NCBI GenBank assembly: GCA_051294905.1
Contig: CM119383.1
Location: forward strand, 2,232,001-2,296,000
DNA from: Botryllus schlosseri
Taxonomy: Eukaryota
Reading direction: 5' to 3'
DNA length: 64,000 bases
The translations under genes and the position numbers were made by a program. The notes beneath the pieces are model-generated. The model was not told where the DNA came from, did no database searches, and worked only from the letters and a program-made list of their open reading frames with translations. Of the stretch, positions 23,263 to 37,002 are shown one piece after another (positions within the stretch are counted from its first letter, which is position 1; each line of letters begins with the position of its first letter).

Positions 23263-26065
23263 TCTGTGCATTACAGACGTTGCTAACTCGAACATTCAAT
23301 TCATTGATACAAACTATTCTTGCGACTGAAACATTTGTGTACAATGTACAATTGTACGTGTACAATGACATGTACTTATACAGTGATTTCGAATTAATGA
23401 TTTCAAGACTGGAAATTTTTAAATCGACTTGACATATTAATGCGCTGCGCTAAATTTGCGATCCGTGACGGGGGTGACGTGTATTTTCACCAGCAGTCCA
23501 TAATTGATAAAATATTGCTATTTATGTTACTATAATATGACCACAGTACCGTATACCTATACATCAAACACAGTTTAGTCTGAATTTACTGGATACCCTC
23601 TTGAACGGCACATGACATATGACGATGTCGGAATACTTGATTACTGCAGCTGTAACTCTAGCAGTCTAGCTATTATATAATCGAAATTGTTCTAGTTGCT
23701 GTTAGTCGCGAGTTGTCATCATAATTGTAGCCAGTGGGAAAAGACGCCAGAGTCAACTGTTGTTAACCGATTTGTAAATATTACTTTGAAGTTGGCGTGA
23801 ACGTTCATAGATAAATTACATCTAACCGTATCTCAGGGGTAGGCTCCGATAATTGGAGGCATACAAAGTGAGATGGTCTCAATCGAGTTAGAAAGCTAGG
23901 CCTGCTCGACGAGCCTAGATTGATGCAGCTAAAATATAACGTACTAACATTTGAACTAGGTGACGCCCAGACGTACATTTTGCAGGACTGCAATTCTGGT
24001 TGGACAAACTGCTGCAGTTGTCAGATGCAACTTCGCGAAATAAATAGAATAATTTTCCGTGGCAAAATGACTGGAGTCAATCAGGTAGGGCCTACCCATT
24101 TCGTGGTGTCGCCTAGCATTTCGTGCAACGATTGAACAAATCTAATTGATTCCCCGCCGAAGCAATTATTATACCACGCGTGGTAATGTGAAGGTCTCTG
24201 TCATCGTGAGCTCCGTTGTTTAGTTTAGTTGAATTTAACGCGCAGACCGCCCTACACGCGGATAGGTTTACCGCGAAGTTAGCGCTCTGTATATTTCAGT
24301 ATATCGTCGACTCGCATTTAAGTCACGGTTACTGTTAATAAGCTCCCGTCTTATTCGCGTTTATTGGGGTCAGGGATCGTTGCGTAGGGATATCGTATTG
24401 AGCAAGTGTTCTCCGACGATACATTGAGGGCGGAGATAATATAGTTAGCTGATCCGGAAGAATGCTAATCATGTCATTAAAAACTGCTGATCGGAACGCA
24501 TTTTAGGTGGAGATAATAAAGTTAGCTGATCCGAAAGAATGCTAATCATGTGATTAAATACTGCTAATCGCGACTCATAAAGCTGGAAAAGGTTACGCGC
24601 GATTCTTAGTGGAGACGTACCGAGTTTTCAATCAAGTGGCGTTATCTGTTGCAGCATAATGCGAAAATGCGTTATAGGCTGTCAGTTGTCAATTTGTTGA
24701 ATGAAACAGCAGTCTGCTGATAACGATACTTCTACTGCAATAGCTAGAATTATCATCGTCGCGAAATGAAAGTCGTGTCAGATTCGTACGGTACAGCTAA
24801 GTAACGTATTATAGAATATCGCTCTACAATGGCGGGAGCATAATTCGATGATTGTTTAGTGAAGCCATTAGCTAGGAGACAGTCGGCATGGTCGTTATCG
24901 GAAATATTGGTGCGTAATAGGAATGGTACGCAGTGTAAGCAGTTTTTATAGATAACTATAGTTTGTTCCGGTTTGTTGAATCCTGAGATTCACACTAAAT
25001 TCATGCGCTGCGATCAAACGGATTCTTTAATCCTGGGTTGATAAATCCTGACGATCGCGATAATCGACGTCATTGCCAATCCAACTTTATTATCTCCGCG
25101 CTGAGTTTTATTAGGCAGGTTATCTATAGCAAGACACAGCCGACAGAAGGGTCGTCGAGGACGTTCACGTTCATACATTTAGGCGGTCCGTTTTATAAAT
25201 GCTGGAACTGTCGTCGCATGCGATGCGTGGTTCCGTTAGTGTGGATCATTTTCATGCTTAAACTAACTTCATACTGCCAATTCCAACGTTAGTATATTCG
25301 CATTTCTAGTATGTCTGCGGGATTTGTCATTCTGTTTAGATGAAATGCATATATGTTCTACGTCAGAGGTGTCGAACTCAACTTGGATCGTACCTTTGTT
25401 TTTCCCTGGAATGCTTTCTGATCAAGCCTATATACATTGGAGTGTACGATGATTGGCCGAGTCAATGCAGTTAGAAACCGCTCAAGTAGCTGCTCTGACG
25501 AGGATATAAGTTGACGTATTTCCATGCTCCCTTTGTTTTAGTCGTAATGCGGGGTCTGCCCCACGAATGCGTTCTGCGCTCAGTGGAATTTAGTTCATTA
25601 TTATTAAATAGCAACTCGAGTTGTAACTTGCATACAACCAGGCCTACGATATTGTAGCCCCTGGTACAACGGTTTCGCATTGGCGTTTTCGCCTCTGTAA
25701 AAAACTGCCTGTTGGTCTGTTTTCCCAGAAATCTTTGATTTGGGTGTGCATTTTTTTGACTTCTCTGAATTTGATGTCAATGTCACCAACTTGTTCCCAG
25801 CTGTGATTAGAACGCAAACGCGGCACTGCCGTCAGATGGTTCTAATAATGTGGCCTAGAGACGTATTCGACATTTTGTGCATTGAGGAATTATTTACATT
25901 GAAAGTATTTTTCAATAAAGTCTGAACTTCTGTTTGAAACATGTTGGATAATATAAGCATTTATTTCATTTAGTCGCATGTTTGGCAGCCCTGCTGTGCG
26001 ACATTGTCACTTCAAAGTATTGCATACTAAACCCAACCGATTTCATTCAAGATTTAGTATTTTTG

Positions 26066-27153
26066 ATGAGCGGTCGGGAGATTCTTATTGGCATGCAGGT
26101 TGGCTCGAATCACCAATGCGATATTTGTGGAAAAGATGTCTCTCGAAAGGTTTACCTCAAGAGGCATTTATATACGCATTTGAGCCATGAGCGTCATGAG
26201 TGCGATATTTGTGGTAAAGAATTCTTGCACGAAACGTCCCTCAAACGTCATATGAATGTGCATATGGGCCTCAAGAACGAATGCGATATTTGCGGGAAAA
26301 ATTTCACTGACAAGAGTCGCCTTGGACGCCATAGGCGTATCCATACTCACCTGGGCCAGTTTGCATGCAAAATTTGTGGGAAAACATTTACTGACAAGAG
26401 TAATCTCAAACGCCATATGGATATCCATACTCACATGAGCCAGTTTGCATGCAAAATTTGTGGGAAAACATCTACTGGCAAGAGTAATCTCAAGCGCCAT
26501 ATGGATATCCATACTCACCCGGACCAGTTTGCGTGCAAAATTTGTGGGAAAACATTTACTGGCAAGAGTAATCTCAAGCGCCATATGGATATCCATACTC
26601 TCCCGGACCAGTTTCATATCGGCGTTAAGGATAATCAATGTGATATTTGTGGAAAAGAGTTCACTCGCGAGGTCGCTCTTGAGACTCATTTGAAAATGCA
26701 TTTAGGCATCAAGAATAGTCAATGCGATATTTGTGGGATAGAATTCAGTAACAAGGATAACCTAGATCGTCATATAAAAATTCATATCGGCATCAAGTAT
26801 AATCAATGTGATATTTGTGGGATAGAATTCAGTAACAAGGGTATCCTAAATCTTCATATAAAATTCATATCGGCATCAAGGATAATCAATGTGATATTTG
26901 TGGGAAAGAATTCACTCGCACGGGCGTCCTTGAGAATCATATGAAAATGCATTTCGGTATCAAGAATAATCAATGTGATATTTGTGGGAAAGAATTCAGT
27001 AGCAATGGTGAACTCGAGACTCATTTGAAAATGCATTTCGGCATCAAGAATAATCTATGTAATATCTGTGGGAAAGAGTTTGCTCGCAAGTCTGACCACA
27101 GGCGCCATATGCATGCCCGTTTCGGCCTAAAATATATTGGGTGTGATATATGA
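26066..27153 (+). CDS. Tandem C2H2 zinc-finger protein, paralog 1 (12 fingers; 1-nt frameshift at ~26860 within finger 9)
   Basis: Repeated CxxC-x12-H-x3-H units. ATG at 26066 follows an acceptor-like ttcaag| shared by all three copies. A4 at 26860-26863 versus A5 in the preceding finger shifts the frame; fingers 10-12 lie in the next frame, ending at 27153. Confidence 0.85.
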
Positions 27154-29100
27154 GGGAAAGCATTTCGTTAAATAAATTGCCTAAAGAATCACGACGTCCT
27201 TTCCTATTCGAAAGTACTCCCTCGAACGTCACGTGGACATTGACTTTCGAAAAAACTTAGAATTACCGCAGACTAACGCGAAGACTGAAATTGATATTCA
27301 TATTTGTGTTGAACACTGTTAGTACTGTTCATTAAAATTTGTGTTTAAAGACTATTTGTACAGTTAATGTCCAGTTTCCGTGTAAGAGATCTCGCCGAAC
27401 TTTGGCGAGATTGTCGCGTGGATGGCGACTCGATTTGCAGTACATTTCGAGGAGATTAGGATGTCAATATTCATTTCTTGTGTTTAACATCTGATTCGCC
27501 ATGTAAGTTACTTCGACTTCGTACTGTCGGGCGTATGTATGACTATATAACCTGGAAAATAACAAGATTCATTGAGCACTGAGCAGTTTATCGATCACGA
27601 TATCGTGCCGGTTTGACGCGATGATTCGTTATCTATTTCAACGCAAAGTTTCGTTTCTGTGAGAAACGCGTCAATTAACGAAGATAATGTACGTACAATC
27701 TACTTCATCGTCCATACCTTTACCCCCACTGATTGCTCTTTCAAGCGACATGTAAACTGTTCATGCCAACATGCGTCTAATGCGGGTTAGGTTATTCATT
27801 AGTGTTGTAAATTGGGGTGTCGGTAAGGTGTTAGTTACGCTGGAAATGGCGATGGTTATGACGTCAAGGTGACAGTTTTGCGGCATAAGCAGGAGACGTC
27901 ACTATCTGAGAGAATGGCCGTGTGTATCTATTTTATCGCGACATTGCGACAGATCGATGAAGTTTTGTCTTGGCGTAGGACAGAAAAATTGCCCATATGT
28001 CCAAGGATGCGATGATGTAGAATGCTGAAACAAGCCTCTCCGACACCTTCGACTAACTTGACCTGGTAGAACTTGGGTCTGTAGTTGTACAAGATGGTGT
28101 ACAATTTTACATGTTTCTGGTGTCCTCAAAATCAGTATGACGTATTTCATGCTAACGTAGGAATACAAAGAATCAAGGTAACGGTCGATCTTGTGTACTG
28201 AACAGACGGACAGGCAGACAGACAGATTCAGTGTTGTGCTAAGTGCCGATAATAATATTTGCCTTTAGTCAGCAAAAACCAACCGTATATGTAAAATCCG
28301 CATTAGTTCTTATAGCTTATTGTTCATGACACAGACATCGCGTGAGAACATCGAGGACATACCATCGTCGCAACGTTAAGCCCACCTTGATGCCGTAGAA
28401 AAGCAGTACCGTAATTGCAGAAGCCTCGTAAAATCAATCTTCGATATTTCAACTCGACTCATTGTTGATCGAAATAAAGGCTTGTTAAATTCAATCTTTA
28501 AACACACTTAGTAAATGATCATATTGATTGTAATAATATCAAGGTGAATCTGTCGAGCCAGAAACAAAGAAATTCGCTTGTCGAAATGCCGACTCGTCAA
28601 TAAATTCTGTGTCGTTGGAGGCTTGACCAGGGACCTAAAAATAGGGATTTAGGTTGATTTGGATTTCATATGAAGCTTCTCTCACCCACAAATGCACGAG
28701 TGCTTCAGTCAAATTTCTATAAAATCATGAGACTCGCCGCGACATTTTGATTTCTTGCAGTCTTCCCGGAATACAATTTCAGACTCGTGCTCCCTCTGCC
28801 AAAAAGTGTTGAGCATCCAATTGCAACAAAATCATAGGTGCACTGCTCATTCTTAAATATTCAACACATGCGCACCAAATTTATTCAGGCACCAGATATA
28901 ATCGTATCTGTTGGCTGCAGACTACACCTGGTGGGTATACTCAATTCAAAACAAACATGTAAAACAAGGCCTCTGTTTAAAACAAGTATTTTTTTCAAGC
29001 CATAACGTCGCGAATATTCAATTGTGAAGTCGTATAGTGGATTGACATTGACAATTGAAAATCTAGGACCAAAATAGCTCCTTTGACGAAATATTTACGT

Positions 29101-30356
29101 CAGGGGTCACCAACCTTTTTTGCAACCAAGAGCTACTGATTGAAGCGACGGACTACCATTTACTCCCGCCGTTTACCCATACCAGACTGAATTTCGCCGC
29201 TTTGATATTCAGAGCTCTGGGCAGTAATCACATTGCGTTAAGACCCCGAAGAGAGTCTTTTATATTAAAACATCTCATTTCGACTATAGCTAGCCACTAA
29301 GATATTTCAAGAATCATGAATTACTTCGCACCATGTTTGTATAAATTATACAACAACAGTCAACTCAAATTTTAAAATAAATCACTTTAGACTGGACATC
29401 ATGTTATCTCTTTCTATATTAGTCTGTGGGGAGTCTGGCATTTCAACTATAGTCCGCTATTCTCCGGTATGTAACTTGACACTGCAACTCTGAGTGAGTG
29501 TTCCAGATGTGCATTAGTGAGGCGTGTTCTGTGTTTGTTTTTGATGAAGCTCGTGTCCGTAAGGCTGATTCACAACGGTAAGTTGAATCAAACACGCGTG
29601 CAACCTTCATAGCTGCTGTGCATACACCACTGTACTTTTCCGTGTCAACAGCGCACCAAAAGTTTGCTGCAGCCTGGTGGGCTTTGAGGTGGGGGTCATT
29701 TTGCAGTGTTACAATTTCAATCTCAATCTCAAACTGTTCAGCATTCAAACATGACAGATTTCATTATACTGGACAGCAGCAACCATTACGAAAAGTTAGA
29801 AACATGGTACTAAACTGCGTGGAGTGTAAGAGAAGCAAGCCGTGCCAACAGATGCAATACGTATAATGGGCATACAGATATGAAAAATCTGCTAGTACTT
29901 CACGGCTATCTGCTACCGAAGAGTAATGTTGTTCACTACTTTGGCATTGTCCTGGACATTGTAAATGGAACCCCCACCATTTCAAGAAGACCCTGGATGG
30001 CATTCCGTCATATCACTTGTTCAGGCAGTCCGCCGTATCCTACGTCTTCGATATCTTGTGATTCTATTACATGTTGGTGTATTACTATAATTGTAATTGA
30101 GGATATTTGATATCGTCATTTTAAGTGTTTAATGTTTATATATATGTATTGTCATTTGTAAGTTACATGACAGGGTGCTGATCTTAACAAGAATAGACAA
30201 ATCAATCAATCTATATATTCAAAAGCTCACTGGAAATAATCTGACGAATATTGGTAAATGCTGCTGTTCAATCTACTTTTGAAACAGGCTCGCGGGCTAC
30301 TCATCTGGTTCTCGTGGGCTACCTGTGGCCCGTGGACCCCGCGTTGGTGACCCGTG
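29101..30356 (-). mobile_element. Buster/SPIN-type hAT deletion derivative nested in a family D MITE
   Basis: TIR caggggtcaccaacc; near-TSD atttacgt/aatcacgt. The minus strand reads IVTLQNDPHLK...FW...KY....AAMKV...FDSTYRCES, then (shifted) KNKHRTRLTNAHLEHSLRVAVS, the Buster/GTF2IRD2-like C-terminus. Confidence 0.85.
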
Positions 30357-31087
30357 AATCACGTTCTATCTGTTGAACCGACTATTTTGAGGATTCCAAC
30401 CATCCCACATCGTATATGCCGGGTATATCGAGTGGTTATTGTCCGTAGGCTCATACAACGTATTTTTTGGGAAGTATTTACATAATTATGGCATGATTTT
30501 ACATCTTGAAAAAACAATTTCTTTTAAAGAGCTTTTGTTCAAAACACTGCTTTAAAACATGTTTTAAACAAAGTGCTTTAAATAACCATTTGTCTTAAAT
30601 GCAACCCTAATGAGAATGAACTTAATTTGATAAGATATGAACTGAACTTGATTCAATGTCCAAGTTAGTAGCACCCTTCTCAATCTGAGCCAGATTCGGA
30701 CTCGTGTGCTCCTCGCGAAATAAATTTGTTTGTGGTAGAGCGATTTCAATATATTTCCACTACCGATACAATCGACAATACGGATGGGGGGTCAAGAAAT
30801 AACAGCATGCCACAAAATGACTAATAACAATTGGTCGACCCGAAGATGCATTATCATTTATAACGTGGGCTGAGAAAGGATATTTGATAGTGATATGTGA
30901 TTTGCTACTATTAATTACGGAATTCATTCGTGAATCTGAAAATTTTTCGACAATATGCAATCCCAGCGACTATTCATAACATTGCCACTCGCGATTTCGG
31001 TGCGTACAGTTGAATGAAAAGTAGAATAGTCCAGAGTTCACCGGGAATGGATATGGACAGATTAACATAAGTATTTTGCGTCTAGTT

Positions 31088-32610
31088 CAGTGGTTCTCAA
31101 CCTTTTTCACCTCGCGGACCGGTAAAATTTCAAAAGATATTTGATGGACCAGTGAACCTTAAAAAATTGAAATCAATCCCAAATGTAATGTATCCAGTCG
31201 TTTTTCTGCAAGTATGGTTCTAGAGCAGGGTTGGCCAACCTTTTTGCTATTCACGGCCGCATTTCGAATACCTATACGACCTACGGCCGCAGTCCAGGAC
31301 ATAGTCGCAAGGAACTAACTGGACACCACACCCATGTTGAGCTATGCATGTTCAAGTCCATGTCCATTGTCCATTTCTGGTGAACTCCGGACTAATCTAT
31401 CTTTTCATATCGTCTTACTATTAGTCATCGAAATCGCTACATAGTGGTAATGTTATGAATAACAAATGGCAGCGGTTATGGTCGCGCCATGCACGAAACT
31501 TTTTTCAGATTTACGAATGAATTTCGTCATTAATATTTATAGTTCCACATATTACTATGAAATATTAATCCTTTCTCAACCAAAGTGATCAGATTCGTCG
31601 GTAGAGTTGATGGAGGGGTAGTGTTTTCGAAAATTTAGAGCAAATGGATGCATCTTCGGGTGGACCAATTGTTAGTATGGTCACTTTGGGAAGTGTTGTT
31701 ATTTCTTGACTTCCCATCAGGATTGTCGGTATAGTGGAGAGACAGTGGAATCTCCTAAATGTACCAGAAGAAGATTTCTTTCGTGAGGAGCGCACGATTC
31801 CAGAGTGTCATTTCTATATGGGGTGCATCATGTTCCTCCGCTGTTCCAATCTGTACTGTGGGGCTCAGATTGCACGGGCGCTACGACTACATTAAAATCG
31901 AAAAATGAAGTCGCATTGAATCGCGCATAGCGCGGAGAAAATTTCATGATTAAATAAAATATCTCAAAAGTTCGGGAGACAATTCGTAAATTCAATTTTC
32001 ATGTCTACGGCCGCCGATACATGCTAATTTAATTACGTGTCCACGGCCGCGCAAATTTTCTTCTACGGTAACAGGTTGGCCACCCCTGTACTAGAGAGTG
32101 AAATTGTGAGGGTTTTGTTCCTAATTAAATGTATTTATGATGGTATTCATTTGATTTTACGGTAGTGTCTGCTGAGTGCTGAGTAGAGGTAAACTTGACT
32201 TGCCCAGATTAACATGGCTAATTTCGAGCCGACGACCGTGCATTAACCGACCGGGCAAAGTGGAATAATATTCTATCTTGCTCATTTCCCACTACTACCA
32301 GACGTAGCCTACTACCCGTACAAAAACGCCTGATTACAGCGATACCTATGGCCACCCACAAAATTAAGGAATCCAGAACGAATGATCGTACGAATTGCGC
32401 GGTTTAGCGAGTCAGCTCACGGGCCTAATGTTACCTCGCGAATATCTGTATCGGTTTAAAATTTCACGTTTTATTTATTTTACCAATGGACAAGCCTTCA
32501 ACATCTTGCATCTTGAAATGAAGGTATAAAATCTAAATATACCTCGCGGACCGGCAGAAAAGTCGTCACGGACCGGCACCGGTCCGCGGACCGGCGGTTG
32601 AGAACCACTG
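31088..32610. mobile_element. Charlie/Buster MITE (CAGTGGTTCTCAACC TIR)
   Basis: TIRs with perfect TSD gtctagtt; inserted into an inverted family E copy that ends at ~32709. Confidence 0.9.
31226..32088. mobile_element. Buster MITE family E (CAGGG(T/G)TGGCCAACC TIR), nested
   Basis: TIRs with TSD ttctagag/tactagag; homolog at 49561-51156. Confidence 0.88.
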
Positions 32611-33415
32611 GTCTAGTTAGTTCATTACGGCTATGCCCTGGAATGCGGCCTTAGGCTACATAAGCAATCGAAATACGGCCGTGATTAGCGAAAAGGTTGC
32701 TTACCTCTGTATTAGATGATGTGCTGCTACGTGATGCGTTTCGCATCCCTAATTCGTAAAACAAGTCAATGAGTGCTCGTGATGAAACGATGAACGGCCG
32801 GGCATGTCAAAAAATAAAAGGTGACCAAAACAGGCTTTGTAGGACCCTATATACATTTTAATGACTTGATAAATAACGTGTCTGTGGGTTAAAAAGAGTT
32901 TATCATGTGTACCATTGTTTTGAATTATGACGACGAATAAAAATTAGTAAATTTGTTTTGTGTTAACTAGGGCTGAGCGAAATCGAGTAGGCCTGCCTTA
33001 GTGATTCGATTCTGAATAGAGGAGGGGTGTCAAACATGCCACATATTTTGTAATCGGGAAAGGAGGACCCTTTTTCAAAAAATTTAAACTTAGAATACCG
33101 GAGGAATATCTTGAAAAAATGGTAAATTTTTCCCACTTCGTGGTCAAAAAAGGTCAACTTTCTCTCTCGGCTTTCAAAATACAGTTTTTCTTTCACATTA
33201 TCAGTTGGTTGACTAAAAAAAGGTCGACTTTCCGGCTCAGCTCCCGAAATGCCCGCCCCAGCGTTACTTCAGGGCTGATCTACTATATCTCCTTAGATTT
33301 TGCCCTATATTTAACCAAAATTCTCGAAAAAGAGGGCAAAACATATAAAAAAAAAAAGGATACTTTCAAAAAAGTCAAAAAAGAGGATAAATCCTCTTGA
33401 AAGAGGACGTATGGT

Positions 33416-34699
33416 CAGCACCGTAACTGTCGCACCCCAAACCCCCCCAATTGGGGTGTGGGCGAGCTCGAAGGGGGCCCAAAATTATTTCGTGAATTAG
33501 CATAAATCGTAAGAGTATTTTTTGAAAATTTATGCAATTTTTTCAAAATTTTTCAAGTAGCCATTCAAGTAGCCATTTATCTTTATTATTGGATATTGGG
33601 CCAGCCCTTACCGCGCCACGACCCACCAAGACATACAATCAAGTTTTAGGCCATACAACATGCGACTGCAAAAAGTGTGCCAGAACGATCGGCAGCGAGA
33701 AAACCTTGGCCGAAATGCCCTTATGCTGACCGAAGACTTCGTTATATATACAAAATACATATAGGTTTAATTGTCCATAGACGCCTAAATGACTGGCGCC
33801 GAATGCTCCTGTCTTTGCAATCTGAACCTCACAAGACCAATACCATCCCGCTGGGAAAAATTTATGCCAGTGAAGAAATACCAATTTGAAATCGTGTGCG
33901 TCTCTTAGTTTAGAAGCCTACGTTTGGGCGATTCTATATTTTTTGATATAGCAGACTTGAAGTCACGAAATAACATCATGTAACGAAGTCATATCAACGC
34001 GTCCGCCCGCCCGAAGATGTTTAATTATTATTTACGGGCCCTCCCGTTTTCAAGACACTTCACTCATCTCTACCGGTAAATCTAATTACGTGAGTAGAGA
34101 GGACAATAAATTGATAGCATAATATACATGCAATCGCCGATCTGATTGACCGATTTTATCAGAAATTATCGAAAATATTCGCGCTTCGTGCTGGCTCACA
34201 ATACAGTACAAATGATTTCGTGACAAACGCGAACAACGTGGTGGAGGGGTCGTTTCATCACCCTATGGGAGCCTAAGACCCACGTTTTTTGGGGCCTGAC
34301 GAGGTGCTGTTTCGTTCCTGCCAACAGGTACACGCCCGAAGATGTTTAATTATTATTGAGTGGTCCTACCTTTTCAAACACACCTCACTCAGCTCTACCA
34401 GCAAATTTGATTACGTGAGCAGAGAGAAGACAAAAATTGATAACAATATATATGCAATTCCCGATCATACTGACCGATTCAGTCATGAATTCTTGAAATT
34501 TCCCGCGCTTAGCGCGCTTAGGCGACAAAAGCTGATTCGCTAAACAAACTCCCAACGAATATGATAAATAGCGGTAAACAGGGTATCGCCGGAGGGAGGT
34601 CTGGGGGGCGAAGCCCCCCAGAAGTTCGGTCTATAACCCTATGGGGGGCCCAAGACCAAAGTTTTTTGGGGGGGCTGACGAAGGGCTGTTACGGCCCTG
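33416..34699 (-). mobile_element. hAT MITE family A, inverted copy
   Basis: cagcaccgtaac...gttacggccctg with perfect TSD cgtatggt. Confidence 0.9.
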
Positions 34700-34878
34700 C
34701 GTATGGTAACCCTACTATAATATGACCACAGTACCATCAACACACACTTAAGTGTGAATTTACTGGATACCCTCTTGAACGGAACATGACATATGACGCT
34801 ATCTGAATACTTGATTACTGCAGCGGTAACTCCAGTCATTATATAATTGAAATTGTTCTAGTTGCTGTTAGTCGCGAG

Positions 34879-37002
34879 CAGGGCTGTGGAGTCGGAGTCG
34901 GAGTCGGTGGAGTCTGAGTCGGAGCTTGGCTAATTTTCGCTTGATGGAGTCGGAGTCGGAGTCGTGAAAACTGTAGAGGCCGGAGTCGGAGTCGTGAAAA
35001 CTGTAGTGGCCGTAGTCGGAGTCGTTGAAAAAATACTGACTGGAGTCGGAGTCGGAGTTTGTTAAAATGACCCTGACTTCGACTCCGACTCCGACTCCAA
35101 CTTCTTTATCCAGTAAACAATTTCTTTTCAAAGATACCTTTTAAATTACTAATAATACCTGTAATAGGATTTTTAAGTACTATCAATCACTGTTAGTAAC
35201 GATACAGATCATGGGGGCCAGACCGTGCCCCGCAGGCCAAATGTGGCCAGCGAGGTTTTGTGTGGCCTGCGAGGTAATTCTCGAAATTAGATATAACATC
35301 AGGTAAAATTGCACGGCCAACCAAAATTTGATTAGCCTGACCGCGAAATTTGATGATGACTAAAACATCAGTTTCGACCCATTGGCGTAACCAGGGGCCA
35401 GCCACCTTCAGCGCAGATCTTCGTATATGACCATAAAGTAGAATATTCCATAGCAGATTTATTTGACTTGAAATTTTTCTTAAACCTTCGCATGATTTAT
35501 TATCAGGTTTTTTGCATTTAGTATTGGAAACCCTAGAAATTACAAATACGCGCAATTTGCAGAATTGAGTCCAACTATATTCATTAGGAGAACGTGTCGT
35601 CCAACACGGGACTTCGCTTGTAGGTTCGAAGCGAGATCGTCGGCGATGAAACATTTGCGCAAAATGACAGAGCCATGCTCACCGAAACCGTCGATATTGC
35701 TATATCTAAAACGCTAAATAATCCTGTCCTAGCCAAATGAGCCCATGGCTATACAGAGGCGACCCCCAATATGTGCAAGTAATATATTTATCGATCGAAT
35801 TCATTCAGTACCTTTGAAATAATTTCGTGGTTCGCGCGACCAGGGCATGACCGCATACTGTACAGTTGCACACTGAGTTTTCAATACATAATTGTTATCA
35901 ATTTTAGAACATAGTCATATAAGTCTTGTTTTCAATGTTACCGAATTCGGTTCGTTCCTATCGGGCGACTAAAAACAGGTTATCAACATTCAAGTTTCCC
36001 GCGCACTGGTCCGTAAATCTCATGCGACCTTTTGGCCGAAAAGGTTGGCCACTCCTGAAATAGTTAGAATTGAACATTATTTGCAAAATACAATTCAGTT
36101 GTATAGAGGAAGATAGAAGCAATATGCATCTTCGCGATGCAGTCACAAATTGATGCAATTTTTGGAATTATACCATGATATTGGGACAGCGCAAATATAT
36201 CGTCTGGTTGTAAAATTGATGTAAATATAACCAAACGCTCCTTCCCACTTGACAAAATTAAAAATATTTGTGGTGTAGCTTAGCTGCTTGGGTCGGACAA
36301 ATGATTAAGAAAGACTGCAAGTCCTAGTCCTTGACTAAGTACATGACTGAGTACTTGACTAAGAGAATGTAGACTAGACATATGCTATTTGACTACTTCT
36401 TAAATTTCGTTAATGACCAATGTCAATTAGTATTGTGAGAGTGTGTGTGCTTTTACTCATTGCAGTCTGTAATGAGAAAATTAGTAAGATGCATCTCTGT
36501 ATTAGTTGCTGACTGATGCACAAGAGCAACACTTCGATTGTTTTATCTACATTTTAATTATACAGGATGGGATATATGTCGTGTTCGAATGATTCATACA
36601 TATTAGGTTATTAGAGAGTCCATGTTATGAAAACTGATAAAATATGAAAAAATGAAGGTAATTTAGAAAGGCAATCTTTCATCCATAGTGAATAATTAGT
36701 GCTGTGCCACAATGAAACAATTTTGCATGCCATCGTTTGTTTGTATTTGTTTAATGGTTATATGATAGCCATTTAACCGTAACTGTGGCATATAATTTTC
36801 GAAGTAAATTAGTAATACTGTTGGATTCGGGGTTGGAGTCGGAGTCGGAGTCGGCGTCGGTATTTTAAAGACTCGGGAGTCGGAGCCGAAGTCGGAGTCG
36901 GTACGTTTAAAGACTCAGGAGTTGGAGTCGGTCCATTGAAAATGTGTGGAGTCGTAGTCGGAATTGAAGTCGGTGCTAAAATTTACCGACTCCAAAGCCC
37001 CG
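34879..37002. mobile_element. hAT element with GGAGTC subterminal arrays, carrying a nested Charlie-type MITE (~35210-36057)
   Basis: cagggctgtggagtc...gactccaaagccccg; TSD gtcgcgag/gtcgtgag; empty site seen in block A (~23705) and block C (~54547). Confidence 0.9.

Larger units (their letters stand above)
20930..28942 (+). repeat. Segmental duplication block A (ZF paralog 1 with flanks)
   Basis: Colinear similarity to 34708-43885 and ~53590-61610, both upstream and downstream of the ZF ORF. Confidence 0.85.

Noticed and set aside
25982-26065. ORF-track N-terminal extensions of the ZF proteins (MAALLC.../MAPLIR...)
   Set aside because: They start at TTG, not ATG, and overlap an acceptor-like site; the ATG 84 nt downstream is conserved in all three copies.
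27141-27200. Selenocysteine readthrough of the Cys-position TGA in the ghost finger
   Set aside because: TAA stops flank it (upstream in B/C, downstream in A), and no SECIS was evident.
34868-35131. 87-aa Asp/Ser-repeat ORF; likewise the 137-aa ORF at 10426-10839
   Set aside because: Translations of MITE subterminal repeats (GGAGTC; CCGGAT).
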